64,000 nucleotides of DNA, taken from NCBI RefSeq assembly GCF_006345805.1, contig NC_043010.1, forward strand, positions 11,222,001 to 11,286,000. The letters run 5' to 3'. Positions 50,780 through 62,431 of this stretch are shown here, in pieces. Source of the DNA: Octopus sinensis (lineage: Eukaryota). Below the pieces are notes generated by a model. The model was not told where the DNA came from. It did not search any database and saw nothing but the letters and a program-made list of their open reading frames with translations. A program made the position numbers and the translations under genes. The stretch's first letter is position 1. Every line of letters begins with the position of its first letter.

Positions 50780-51383
50780 GGTGATGGTGGTTGTGGTGGT
50801 GGTGGTGGTGGTGGTGGTGATGGTGGTGGTTGTGGTGGTGGTGATGGTGGTGATGGTGGTGGTGGTGGTGGTGGTGATGGTGGTGGTGGTGATGGTTGTG
50901 TTGGTGGTGGTTGTGGTGGTGGTGATGGTGGTGGTTGTGGTGGTGGTGGTGATGGTGGTGGTGGTGATGGTGGTGTTGGTGGTGGTGGTGATGGTGGTGG
51001 TGGTGATGGTGGTGGTGATGGTGGTGGTGGTGGTGATGGTGGTGGTGGTGGTGATGGTGGTGGTGGTGGTGGTGGTAATGGTGATGGTGGTGATGGTGAT
51101 GGTGGTTGTGGTGGTGATGGTGGTGGTTGTGGTGGTGGTGATGGTGGTGGTGGTGATGGTGGTGTTGGTGGTGACTATGATGATGATGATGACGACGACG
51201 ATGATGATGATGTGGAGGAGAAAGAGGAGGGGAGGGTGGTGATGGTAGTAGTGATGATGACGATGATGTTGATAATGTTGATAATGATGATGTTAAGGAG
51301 AAGGAAAGAGAAAGGAGGGGTGGTGATGGTAGTGATGATGATGATCATCATCATCATTATCATCATCATCATCATCATCATCG

Positions 51384-51424
<41 letters not shown>

Positions 51425-51480
51425 GTCATCATCATCATCATCATCATCATCATTATCATCACCATCATCATCATCATCAT
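50780..51480. repeat. (GGT)n then (GAT)n/(ATC)n compound microsatellite
   Basis: Direct reading. Confidence 0.92.
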
Positions 51481-51489
51481 GACAATGAC

Positions 51490-51560
51490 GTGTCTTTCCT
51501 AAGATGTAGATTTCTAACTTTAGTATAGTCCTAAGGACTTGACTGTTTTTTCCAGGATCA
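51490..51560 (-). mobile_element. Very short RLE-LINE-like 3' end beside (GAT)n
   Basis: Minus-strand PGKNSQVLRTILKLEI resembles the terminal ILRK.L motif. Confidence 0.35.
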
Positions 51561-51830
51561 GTAGAGTTGATTAGATTGATCCCCAATAGTCAATTAGTTT
51601 TTTGTTTCTTTTCATATTTTATCAGTCACCATCTAGAGAAGAATGAAGCCTCAACAAGAGAGCCACATTAAACACAACCTTTGCAGAGGCAGTCTTTTCT
51701 GACAGAGAAAGAAATTAGAAGTTTATTTATAAAATTATTCTCAAAGGAAAAAAAAATGATTATTATTATTGTTGTTGTTGTTGCTGTTATTATTATCATT
51801 GTTGTTATTATTATTATTATTATTAATATT

Positions 51831-51902
<72 letters not shown>

Positions 51903-52110
51903 GAGGTAGCGACCTGGTAGAATCATTAGCTCATTGGAAAAATGCTTAGCAGCATTTAGTCCTTTATGTTTTGAGTTCAAGTTCTTCCAGATCAACTTTT
52001 CATTTCATCATCTTGGTCTCGATAAAATAAGTACCAGTCACATGTTGGGGCAGATGTAATCAATTTCTCCCACCTCAAACACTGCTGCACCTGCACCAAA
52101 ATTTGAAACC
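51903..52110 (+). mobile_element. SINE family B (ATT-tail subtype), diverged
   Basis: Directly follows (ATT)n; gagttcaagttc B box and core. Confidence 0.7.
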
Positions 52111-52149
52111 ATTTTTATTATTATTTTTATTTTCACTTAACTTCTGAAT

Positions 52150-52285
52150 TTTTCGTGTCTATGTCATGTTTGAGTTCCATCCCAGAGCATAGAAACGCAA
52201 TATTTTCCTCAACACATGAGCTGTGCCAAGCATTGCTGTTAACTGAACACTTTGTATGAACTTTGGTATTTGCGTATTAGCACCA
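52150..52285 (-). mobile_element. RLE-LINE 3' end fragment
   Basis: FIQSVQLTAMLGTAHVLRKIL matches the terminal QK..LLGTAHILR motif. Confidence 0.6.
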
Positions 52286-52289
52286 TTAA

Positions 52290-52505
52290 GGCAGCAGGCT
52301 GGCAAAATCTTTAGCACACCAGATAAAACGCTTAGTGGCATTTCGTTCATCTGTACGTTTTAGGTTCAAATTCTGCTAAGGTTGACTTTACCTTTCATCG
52401 TGTCTGCATCAGTAAATTAAGTACCAGTTGAGCACTGGGATCTATGTAATCAACTTAACCCCTCTTACTAAAATCAGGCCTTTTGGCTCTAATAGAAAAG
52501 ATTAT
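52290..52505 (+). mobile_element. SINE family B (ATT-tail subtype)
   Basis: ggctggcaaaatc head ... aaaatcaggccttttggctctaatagaaaagattattatt. Confidence 0.75.
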
Positions 52506-52526
52506 TATTACTGCTGTTATTACTAC

Positions 52527-52564
<38 letters not shown>

Positions 52565-52576
<12 letters not shown>

Positions 52577-52803
52577 TTATCTTGTTTGACTTTTGCTTTA
52601 TATTTGAACAAGTTGGCTCCAAGTCTCACCCAGAGACCTCAAGAGACAACAGTTTAGAAGTTCATGTTGTTGTTATGCCTAGTGTACCATATATTTGGGG
52701 GTTTTTTTTTTGGTATTGTACTAGTGAATGTCCAAAAAAAAAAACAACCCAAAATTATGTTTGTTTTAAACCCTGAGATTACATAGAAAGTATTTTGCAT
52801 AGG
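52565..52803 (-). mobile_element. 3' UTR copy of RLE-LINE family 2
   Basis: Homologous to 53465-53680 (gtctcttgaggtctctgggtgagacttgga...). Confidence 0.75.
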
Positions 52804-52841
<38 letters not shown>

Positions 52842-52842
52842 C

Positions 52843-53431
52843 ATTCAGTAGTTTTATTTTTATAGCGTGCTTTCACTTCACTACCGAGCGCAGCTCTGTG
52901 TGCCTTGGGTATGTGCTGTGATTTGTTGTGATGCTCTGATGGTTATTGTATGGAAAGTGTTCTGCGTAGGATGTGTGCAGTGCCTAGTAGTGCAATTTTC
53001 TGTATGTTATATGTGTTTGTAAGTCCTGATGTTTTTGTTATGTATTTGTCTGAATATTTTTTTATCATGCCTAATGCACCTACTATGATAGGAATTGTTT
53101 CTGTTTTCAGATTCCACATTCTAGTTACCTCTATTTCCAGGTCTTTGTATTTTGAGAGTTTCTCAATTTCTTTTAGAGACACATTGTCATCTGCCGGTAT
53201 TGATACATCAATTAGAAAGCATTTTTTTTCTTCATGATCTCTGACAACTATATCTGGTCTGTTGGCCTTAATTTCTCTATCTGTGTGTATCGGCATATCC
53301 CAGAGTATGGTTGCTTTCTCGTTTTCTGTGACCTTTTCTGGTGTGTGCCTATACCATCTTTTTTCTGTTGTTATTCCATAATGTTGGCATAGCTTCCAAT
53401 GTATGTAGGTTCCAACTGTGTCATGTCTGTA
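52843..53431 (-). mobile_element. Young 5'-truncated R4/Dong-like non-LTR retrotransposon (restriction-like endonuclease domain)
   Basis: Uninterrupted frame 53431-52943: YRHDTVGTYIHWKLCQHYG...WYRHTPEKVTENEKATILWD...NRPDIVV...LIDVSIP...KEIEKLSKYKDL...LLGTAHILRRTL; PD..D..K RLE motif; (AAT)n on both sides. Confidence 0.92.
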
Positions 53432-53464
53432 ATTATTATTATTATTATTATTATTATTATTGTT

Positions 53465-53826
53465 ATTATTATCTTATGTTGACTTTTGCTTTACATTTGT
53501 ACAAGTTGGATCCAAGTTTCACCCAGAGACCTCAAGAGACAACAAGCTGGAAGTTCATGTTGGTGTTATTTGGTTTTGTACACAATGTTGTTCTAGAGAA
53601 TGTTTAAGAAACCATAAGAAAATTATGTTTGTTTTAAAACTTGAGATTAAATAGAGAGTATTTTGCATAGGATATGGGCAGTTCCCATGAGCACTATCTT
53701 TTGAATTTCTGCCATTTTTGGCTTTCCTGGTATCTGAGCTAGGTAGCAATCAGCCCCTTTTTGCTATCATTCCCAGGGCACCTATGACATCAGGTATTGT
53801 TTTAGTCTTCAGGTTCTACATTTTGG
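53465..53826 (-). mobile_element. RLE-LINE family 2, 3' end
   Basis: NLKTKTIPDVIGALGMIAK [frameshift] ADCYLAQIPGKPKMAEIQKIVLMGTAHILCKILSI* plus 3' UTR; (AAT)n both sides. Confidence 0.85.
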
Positions 53827-53836
53827 TATTGTTTTA

Positions 53837-53894
<58 letters not shown>

Positions 53895-53917
53895 TACTAC
53901 TATTATTATTATTATTA

Positions 53918-53981
<64 letters not shown>

Positions 53982-54024
53982 CATTATTATCATTATTATT
54001 ATCATTATTATTATTATTATTATT

Positions 54025-54463
54025 GAGTGAGCGAGCAGAGCATGCCATCAAAGTGACACTGGGGTAAAATATACGAAGCCCAGTATACCCATCATGACTA
54101 CCCGTCTGATTAGGGTACACCAGGTACATGCATCACAACCATATGTGCGCGACATGGTGATCTCATATCAAGATAAACAGCACATGACCTTGCAGGTTGG
54201 GCCCAGTTAGAATTTTCTTCAGATCGAGTAACCCATCCCGCTCAAAAGGTCCCTGAATAAGGGTTGTTTAAGGATGTTGAACGAAACACCCATGTTTCCA
54301 GAGGTGAATTATTCAAACCCCAAAGAATCCTTCTCAACACATGGCTATGATGCTCCCCCACTACTTCTGCTCGTGATCAGAGATGCACATATCATCAGCC
54401 ACTAAGGGACATGCTCAACTGGTTAAGGTCAAACAACTGACAAGCAAATCTGTGGTATTGAGC
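54025..54463. mobile_element. Unclassified ATT-embedded repeat (copy 2)
   Basis: Homologous to 35772-36288; abuts long (ATT)n at both ends. Confidence 0.75.
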
Positions 54464-54537
54464 TATTATTATTATTATTGCTATTATTATTATTATCATT
54501 ATTATTATTATTATTATTATTATCATTATCATCATTA

Positions 54538-54578
<41 letters not shown>

Positions 54579-55284
54579 TATTATTATTATTATTACTACT
54601 ATTATTATTATTATTATTATTATTACTATTATTATTATTATTATTATTATTACTATTATTATTATTATTACTATTATTATTATTATTATTGTTATTATTA
54701 TTACTATTACTATTATTATTATTATTATTATTACATGGTGGGTGGATTGACTGAGTCATTGCATCATCAGAAAAATGCATTATGCTGTTTGTTCAGGCAC
54801 TTTACTTTCTGAGTTTAAATTCCTTCAGGGTTATCATCTTTACGCATCATACTTCCAGAGGTGGGGATTAGAGCACAGTACTGACAAAATAGGGATCAAG
54901 TACTGAGTTTGATTGGATCAACTAATCCCTTCTCCCCACCACCCAACTCGACTCCCACTGCTAAATCTAAAGCCTTGGGTGTCTATGTTAGGAACTAATT
55001 ATTACATAGTTTCAATGGTAATAATGACAGTAATGAAGTAAATCACAATGATGATGATGATGATGATGATAATGATAATGATGACGATGAGGAGGAGGAA
55101 GACTGCATTCCTATGGTGATGATGATGACTGATGAGAATGATAACAACAATTATGGTTGCAATAATGAAAACAATGACAATGAAGTTTAATGATAAGGAT
55201 GATGACAGTGTTGATGATGATGATGATGATGATGATTATGATTTGATGATGATGATGATGATGATTTGATGATGATGATGATGA

Positions 55285-55327
<43 letters not shown>

Positions 55328-56027
55328 CGATGATGATGATGATGATGATGATGAGATGATGATGATGATGATGATGATGATGAAGATGATGATGATATTT
55401 ATGATGATGATGATGATGATGACAATGATTCTGGTGTGAGAAAGGGTTCAGTGATAGCAGTGAGGAATGTCAGCTGTGGTTATGTTGCTGCTATTTTTAG
55501 CAGCCCCAGGACCCGTTTTGATCAAAGAGACCCTATAAATTTCTAAGGGGGTATGTCTAGAACAGAATTAACCAAGATGTCTTTGCCTTCAATTAATTAT
55601 AGGAGAGAAGGAGTTTCAGTGACAGCTTCTAATAGATCATTAGGTTATGCTGATAATGATTGTGGTGGTGGTGGTGGTGGTGGTATTGGTGGTGGCTATG
55701 GTGGTGGTCGTGGTGGTGCTGGTCATGCTGGTGGGCATTAGATAGTAAATCATCTTCATTAGCCACATAGTCATTCGCAGATTTATGTGTATACATCCCG
55801 TGTGTGTGTGTGCACATAAGCATTTGTGTGTTGTATGTGTGTGTGTGTGTGTGTGTGTATGTGCATGCATGCATATGTACATTCGTATATGTGTGATCCT
55901 TAAGCTTTCTTCAAAAGTGTCAGCAGTGTGGTATTGATGCATATTAATGACAAGAATTTCAAACTAGCTCAGACCCAGAACCTTAATACTGTTATTTGGA
56001 GTTTGGCTATATAAATTAAATTCAATA

Positions 56028-56589
56028 CAGGGTGTCCCAGAAGTCGTGCACCATTCTGGCTTTCATTAAAATTAATTAAAGCATTTTATTTTATTATATT
56101 TTTTTGGCATGTTTTATTGTAGAGGGTGCTCAACTGGAGCATTTGTTAGGATTAATTTCAATAACAATTGCAGCGTGGTAGGTGTTTGTAAGCCATTTAA
56201 GAAACACACAAAAGTTGTTCGATTCACTTCAACATTTAAGTTTAATTTGTCAAAATATTTTCGTCGCAATAAGACCGCGACCTGTTCACTCACAAAAATC
56301 CAAGATGCAGCACGGATTTTTGTCAGTGAACAGGTCGCGGATTTTAGCAACAAAAATATTTTGACAAATTAAACTTAAATGTTGAAGTGAATCGAACAGC
56401 TTTTGTGTTTCTTAAATGGCTTACAAACACCTTCCACGCTGCAATTGTTTTCGTTCCAGCATATGATCTCAGATCAAATCACTTGCTATGCAAGTACATC
56501 TCTGTAATTTCAATAACGTATTTTTTGAAATCAGTAAGAGTGTATTCTTTTAAAAAACCAGGATGGTGCGCAACTTCTGGGACACCCTG
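56028..56589. mobile_element. Tc1/mariner-superfamily MITE (562 bp) with a long internal hairpin
   Basis: 32-bp TIRs CAGGGTGTCCCAGAAGT... (29 of 32 match), TA both sides; internal inverted arms 56163-56301 and 56314-56449. Confidence 0.9.
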
Positions 56590-56604
56590 TATATCACAGT
56601 ATTA

Positions 56605-56815
56605 AGGTTGAAAGTTGGTAGAAGTGTGAGCACGCAGGCAAAATGCTTAGCAGGATTTGATCAATCTTTACGTTCCGAGTTCAAATTCTGCAGAGGTCGA
56701 CTTTGCTTTCATCTTTTCAGGGTTGATAAAATAAGTACCAGTTGAACATCGGGGTCAATGTAATCAACTTAACTCTTCCACCAAAATTGCTGACCTTGTG
56801 CCAAAATTTGATGCC
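56605..56815 (+). mobile_element. SINE family B, diverged
   Basis: gagttcaaattctgcagaggtcgactttgctttcatc...ataagtaccag. Confidence 0.75.
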
Positions 56816-57287
56816 AATATATTACAGCATTAATAAATGTAGATATTTCTAAAAGCACAAAAATTCATAGAACTGGTTCTGAACACTGTCTGCTGTAGCA
56901 TTAAGCAGATGTGACATGAACATTTCATCGGATAAGCTATTTGCAAAGAAGGTCACTTGTCCCAGTGATGTCAACAAAATGCCATGAATTCATTGGACTG
57001 ATTCTAAACTCTGATAAATAAACCTTTTTCCATGGACAGAATATTAAAAGAATGAAATATTCCAGATCAAGATATCCTAGGAAATGCCAAAGTCTCTTGG
57101 AGCTATTTCTTAACCCTGAATTATCACCATTCTCCTCCTCCTCCTCCTCCTCCTCCTCCTCATCATCATCATCATCATCATCATTACCACCACCACTACT
57201 ACCACCTTTCTATCCTTTCTGTTATAAGCACAAGGCTCAACTGGTACTTATTTTATCAACTCTTAAAGGGTAAAAGGCAAAATCGAC

Positions 57288-57444
57288 TTGAGTGGCTGTG
57301 TGGTAAGTAGTTTGCTTACGAACCTCATGGTTCCGGGTTCAGTCCCACAGCGTGACACCTTGGGCAAGTGTCTTCTACTATAGCCTCGGGCCAACCAAAG
57401 CCTTGTGAGTGAACTTGATAGACAAAAGCTGAAAGAAGCCTGTC
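57288..57444 (+). mobile_element. SINE family A 5' half
   Basis: gagtggctgtgtggtaagtag...ctgaaagaagcctgtc, joined directly to a LINE 3' end. Confidence 0.8.
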
Positions 57445-57780
57445 ATCTCAAGGCGACTACAGTACCAGTGATTATAGGATCTCTAGGAATGATAAAAAAA
57501 GGTACTGAAACCTATTTGAAAATGATTCCAGGCTTACCATCCCTACAGGAAGTGCAAAAAATCGTATTAACTGGAACGGCTCATGTACTGAGAAGAGCAC
57601 TATCGCTGTGAAAATAACATCCATCCATGAATTTATTTATTTATTAATTTTTTTTAATACATATTTTACCTGTGAATTTGCGTGTGCAATCTGGGAATGC
57701 ATGCAATGCCCTTCTCTGCCCTAGGTGTATGGAAAACACTCAGCGAGAAACAGAAGAAAATTTGAAGAAAGAAGGAAAAT
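57444..57780 (+). mobile_element. RLE-LINE family 3, 3' end
   Basis: HLKATTVPVIIGSLGMIKKG...EVQKIVLTGTAHVLRRALSL* (stop 57609-57611), 3' UTR, then (CAT)(AAT)n. Confidence 0.85.
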
Positions 57781-58673
57781 ACATCATCATAATAATAATA
57801 ATAGTAATAATCTTTCTACTATAGGCACAAAGCCTAAAATTTAAGGGGAGGGCGTAAGTTGATTACATCAATCCCAGTGCATAACTGGTACTATTTTCAT
57901 CGACCCCGAAAGGATGAAAGGTAAAGTTGACCTTGGCAGAACTTGAACTCAGAATGCAGTGACAGGCAAAATACTGCTAAGAATTTTATCCAGCATGCTA
58001 ATGATTCTGCCAGCATGCTGCCTTTATAGTAATAATAATAATAATTTCTACTATAGGCACAAGCCTGAATTTTGGGGAAGGGACTAGTCGATTACATCGA
58101 TCCCAGTACTCAGCGGGTACTTATTTAATCACCCCTAAAAGGATGCTAAGCAAAGTGGGCCTCAGCAGAGTTTGAACTCAGATTCTGAAGACATGAAATG
58201 CTGCTAAGCATTTTGCCCAGCGTGCTAGTAATTGTACCAAGCTCACCACTTTAATAATAACAATAATAATAATAATAATAATAACAACAACAACAACAAC
58301 AACAATAATAATAATAATAATCCTTTCTACTATAAGCACAAGGCCTGAAATTTTAGGGGAGGGGACTAGTCAATTGCATTGACCCCAGTGCATAACTGGT
58401 ATTTATTTCATCAACCCCAATAATAATAATGATAATCCTTTTTTATTATAGGCAGAAGGCTTGAAATGTTGTGTTGGGTTGGGAGGAGCTAGTTGATTAC
58501 ATTGACCCCTACTACACAACTGGTTCATATTTTATCGCCCCACCCCCCCAAAAAAAAATAAGATAAAAGACAAAGTCGACCTAGGTAGAATTTGCACTCA
58601 GAATGTAAAAATGGACAAAATACTACTAAGCATTTTGCCCATCATGTAAATGATACAGCAAGCTCCCTGCCTT

Positions 58674-58674
58674 C

Positions 58675-58732
<58 letters not shown>

Positions 58733-58760
58733 TAATAATGATGATAATAATAATAATAGC

Positions 58761-58804
<44 letters not shown>

Positions 58805-58832
58805 TAATAATGATGATAATAATAATAATAGC

Positions 58833-58866
<34 letters not shown>

Positions 58867-58868
58867 GC

Positions 58869-58927
<59 letters not shown>

Positions 58928-59000
58928 TAAATAATGATAATAATGATGATAATAAAAATAATAGCAATAAATAAGTAATAATAATAATAATAATAATAGC

Positions 59001-59062
<62 letters not shown>

Positions 59063-59246
59063 TAATAATGATGATAATAATAATAATAGCAATAAATAAT
59101 AATAATAATAATAATAATAATAGCAATAATAATAATAATAATAAAATAATAATAATAATAATAATAATAAAAATAATAATAATGATAATAATGATGATAA
59201 TAAAAATAATAGCAATAATAATAATAATATAATAATAATAATTAGC

Positions 59247-59277
<31 letters not shown>

Positions 59278-59334
59278 TAATAATAATATATAATAATTAA
59301 TAATGATAATAATGATGATAATAATAATAATAGC

Positions 59335-59368
<34 letters not shown>

Positions 59369-59420
59369 GCAATAATAATAATAATAATAATAATAAAATA
59401 ATAATAATAATAATAATAAA
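58674..59420. repeat. About 750-bp (AAT)n microsatellite with recurrent GAT/AGC interruptions
   Basis: Direct reading. Confidence 0.95.
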
Positions 59421-59430
59421 AATAATATTA

Positions 59431-59462
<32 letters not shown>

Positions 59463-59489
59463 AATAATAATAACAACAACAATAATAAT

Positions 59490-59595
59490 AATACAGTGAC
59501 AGCTAGGATACTTAGGAGGGTTCTTGGCATCTAAGGCAAGTTGTTGTAGCCTGATGTTAGGATTCTTTTCCAAGTCTAATCTGTTGAGTGTATAT
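59490..59595 (-). mobile_element. Short RLE-LINE-like 3' end in an AAT tract
   Basis: NIRLQQLAL..RTLLSILAV resembles the terminal motif; degenerate. Confidence 0.4.
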
Positions 59596-59606
59596 GAATA
59601 ATAATA

Positions 59607-59638
<32 letters not shown>

Positions 59639-60829
59639 TCATTTTGGTACAAGGCCAGCAATTTCAGAAGAGGGTAGAAGTCAATTACATTGACTCCCGT
59701 TCTCGATTGGTACTTATTTTATCAACCCCAAAAAGATGAAAGGCAAAGTCAACCCTGGTGAAATTTGAACTCTGAATGTGAAGAAGAACAAATTGCCACT
59801 AAGCATTTTGCATGGAGCGGGGCTATAAGGACCCACTACATGAGAAACAAAATAATTATGCAGAAACATGTTGATATATAGCTATACAGTAAATGTAGGA
59901 GTGGATAAAAACAAAATAACATTTAAATTCAAAAAGAAAAAAAAACAGCAAAAACAATAATAGTCCTTTCTCCTAAAGGCACAAGGCCTGAAATTTGGTA
60001 GGAAGAGACTAGTCAATTACATTGACACCAGTACTTCACTGGAGGCAAAGTTGATCTTAGTGGAATTTGAACTCAGAATGTAAAAATGGACAAAATACTG
60101 CTAAGCGTTTTGCCTATCATGTAAATGACACAGCTAGCTCACCACCTTAATAATAATAATAATAATCCTTTCTACTATAGGTACACAGTATGATATGTTA
60201 GGGGAGGAGGCCAGTTGATTAGATAGACCTCAGTATGCAACTGGTACTTAATTTATCAACTCTGAAAGGATGAAAAGTAAATTCGACATCAATGGAATGT
60301 GAACTCAGAAAGTAAAGTCGGATGAAATGCTGCTAAGCATTTTGTCTGGAGTGGGGCTATAAGGACCCACTACATGAAAAACAAAATAATTACACAGAAA
60401 CATGTTGATACGTAGCTATACAATAACTGTGGGAGTAGGTAAAAATAAAATAACATTTAAATACAAAAACAAAAGAACAAAAACAATAATAATGATAACA
60501 ACCAAGGCTATGTTAATAATAATTTGAATAAATAATGTTTACTGCCAGGCTATCCACAAATTATGTCCAGTCAAGGAACTGCGGAAACAGATTGTTAAGA
60601 AGTGATGGCATAATAAGACGGAATTCAAAAGGAAATTCCTTTCAATGTAGATCAAAAACTTTATTGTGGACCTCACTTGCCAAAATATTACCTGATGCTC
60701 TATAGTATCCCTAACTGTAAGAGTAAAGGCCATGTATTTATGTCCCTACCCAGCCAGACTATACGACTGATCTTTCCACCCCTAGATTCTTATCCTTCTG
60801 GAATTACCTCTTAGCTTATATATTTCTTA

Positions 60830-60945
60830 TTTCTTTATTTCCCACAAGAGGTTAAACATAGAGGGGGCAAACAAGGGCAGACGAAGGGATTAAGTCAATT
60901 ATATCGACCCCTGTGCGTAACTGGTACTTAATTTATCAACCCCGA
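60830..60945 (-). mobile_element. SINE family B 3' part
   Basis: tatttctttatttcccacaagagg...ggtacttaatttatcaacccc. Confidence 0.75.
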
Positions 60946-60984
60946 TAATTATATATTTACATAAAATTCATATATTTCTTGTGG

Positions 60985-61210
60985 AGGCATCTGGTTTAGC
61001 ATGCTGGACTCGTGGTTGTAAGATTGTGGTTTTGACTCCTGGACCAAATGACATGATGTTTCCTTGAGCAAAACACTTCATTTCACATTGCTCCAGTCCA
61101 CTCGTCTGACAAAACTGAGTAAGCCTCTAAGAGACCAACATCCCATCCAGTGTGGTATGTATGCACCATGGAAACCTGGAAAACTGACCCCTATGAGTTT
61201 ATGAGTCAGA
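60985..61210 (+). mobile_element. SINE family D, diverged
   Basis: ccttgagcaaaacacttcatttcacattgctccagtccactc core shared with the 24505 copy. Confidence 0.55.
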
Positions 61211-62279
61211 AACGATCTTTACCCTTTTTTTTTTTGCAACCTTTACATTTTTTCATGTAGCTGTCACTATGTAACTAACCAATAGGAAAATAAAATCCCT
61301 CCATCGCAACAGGTATATGGAAGGCCTTCTACAGCCATTGGTATGGTCCCTTCTTCCACAAAAAAAACCCCCAATAAAAACTACATAACTTTAAAATACG
61401 AATAACTGAATTGATCTCTGTACACATATATACATAAACACAGGTATATATATATATATATATTATATATATATATATAAGCAAGAGAGGGAAAAGAAAT
61501 ATACTTCATTATCCACAATCAAATACACTTTCTAATCTAAGTTTATCTTATATATTTGTATATATATATATATACATACATACATATATATACATATATA
61601 TATATAACTGAATTGATCTCTGTACACATATATACATAAACACATGTATATATATATGATTAGTACTTATCGACAGAGCACCGTTGAAAGACACTCAACA
61701 TAGATATGATTTGAAAAGTATCTTGACATGTATGAGAACAGTTAAATTACCGCATCAAAGGTAGCTTCTATTACAAAACTACACCTTTTTCATTTATAAA
61801 GAATAGAAACTCTATGAGGTTAAATCAACATGTGGAAATGGCAATAATATTACCAATAATAATATTTTTGGCTTATTTGCCTCAAGGATTTCTCTGAATG
61901 AGGGATGTTATGAGGATGAAAGTCTCAAAAACATGAGCCAAGAAAGGAATTAGAAACGGCAGCTAAATCCTCCCCCAAATCAAGCCCTAAGAGCAATGGG
62001 GTGAAATGCATAATTCCATGGAATAGATATAGAGGATGGTCAGAATTGCTCCATCAGCATTGTCCTAGGGTTAAACGACAGCAACATTTATCTTCGCTGC
62101 ATAGTATAGTATTTGTATGATTCACACACATATACACACACATACACACACACGCACATGTATTAAGATTACCTGTGTATTACATACACGCACAAACACA
62201 CACATGAATATATGTGTGTGTGTATGTGTGTGTGTATATATATATATAAATGCATATGTATGTGTGTGTATATTTATGT

Positions 62280-62328
<49 letters not shown>

Positions 62329-62398
62329 TACATACAAATGCTTAAATATATGTATATTTATGTATATATATAAATATATATATAATTATGTGTGTATT

Positions 62399-62431
<33 letters not shown>

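Larger units (their letters stand above)
57810..60350 (-). mobile_element. Cluster of about 7 head-to-tail SINE family B copies separated by AAT tracts
   Basis: Copies at about 57810, 58043, 58320 (truncated), 58436, 59635, 59963 and 60166, all minus strand, most starting (aat)n-cctttctactataggcacaaggcctgaaattt on the plus strand. Confidence 0.8.

Noticed and set aside
50667-51586. Gly-rich, Val-rich and Asp-rich ORFs
   Set aside because: Translations of (GGT)n and (GAT)n microsatellites.
56109-56372. Opposite-strand ORFs with similar peptides
   Set aside because: Consequence of the internal palindrome of the MITE.
58626-59642. 338-aa Ile/Leu ORF
   Set aside because: Poly-(ATT) artefact.
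57810-60350. Repeat-spacer appearance suggesting a CRISPR-like array
   Set aside because: Units are about 200-bp diverged SINEs separated by microsatellite; eukaryotic context, no cas genes.
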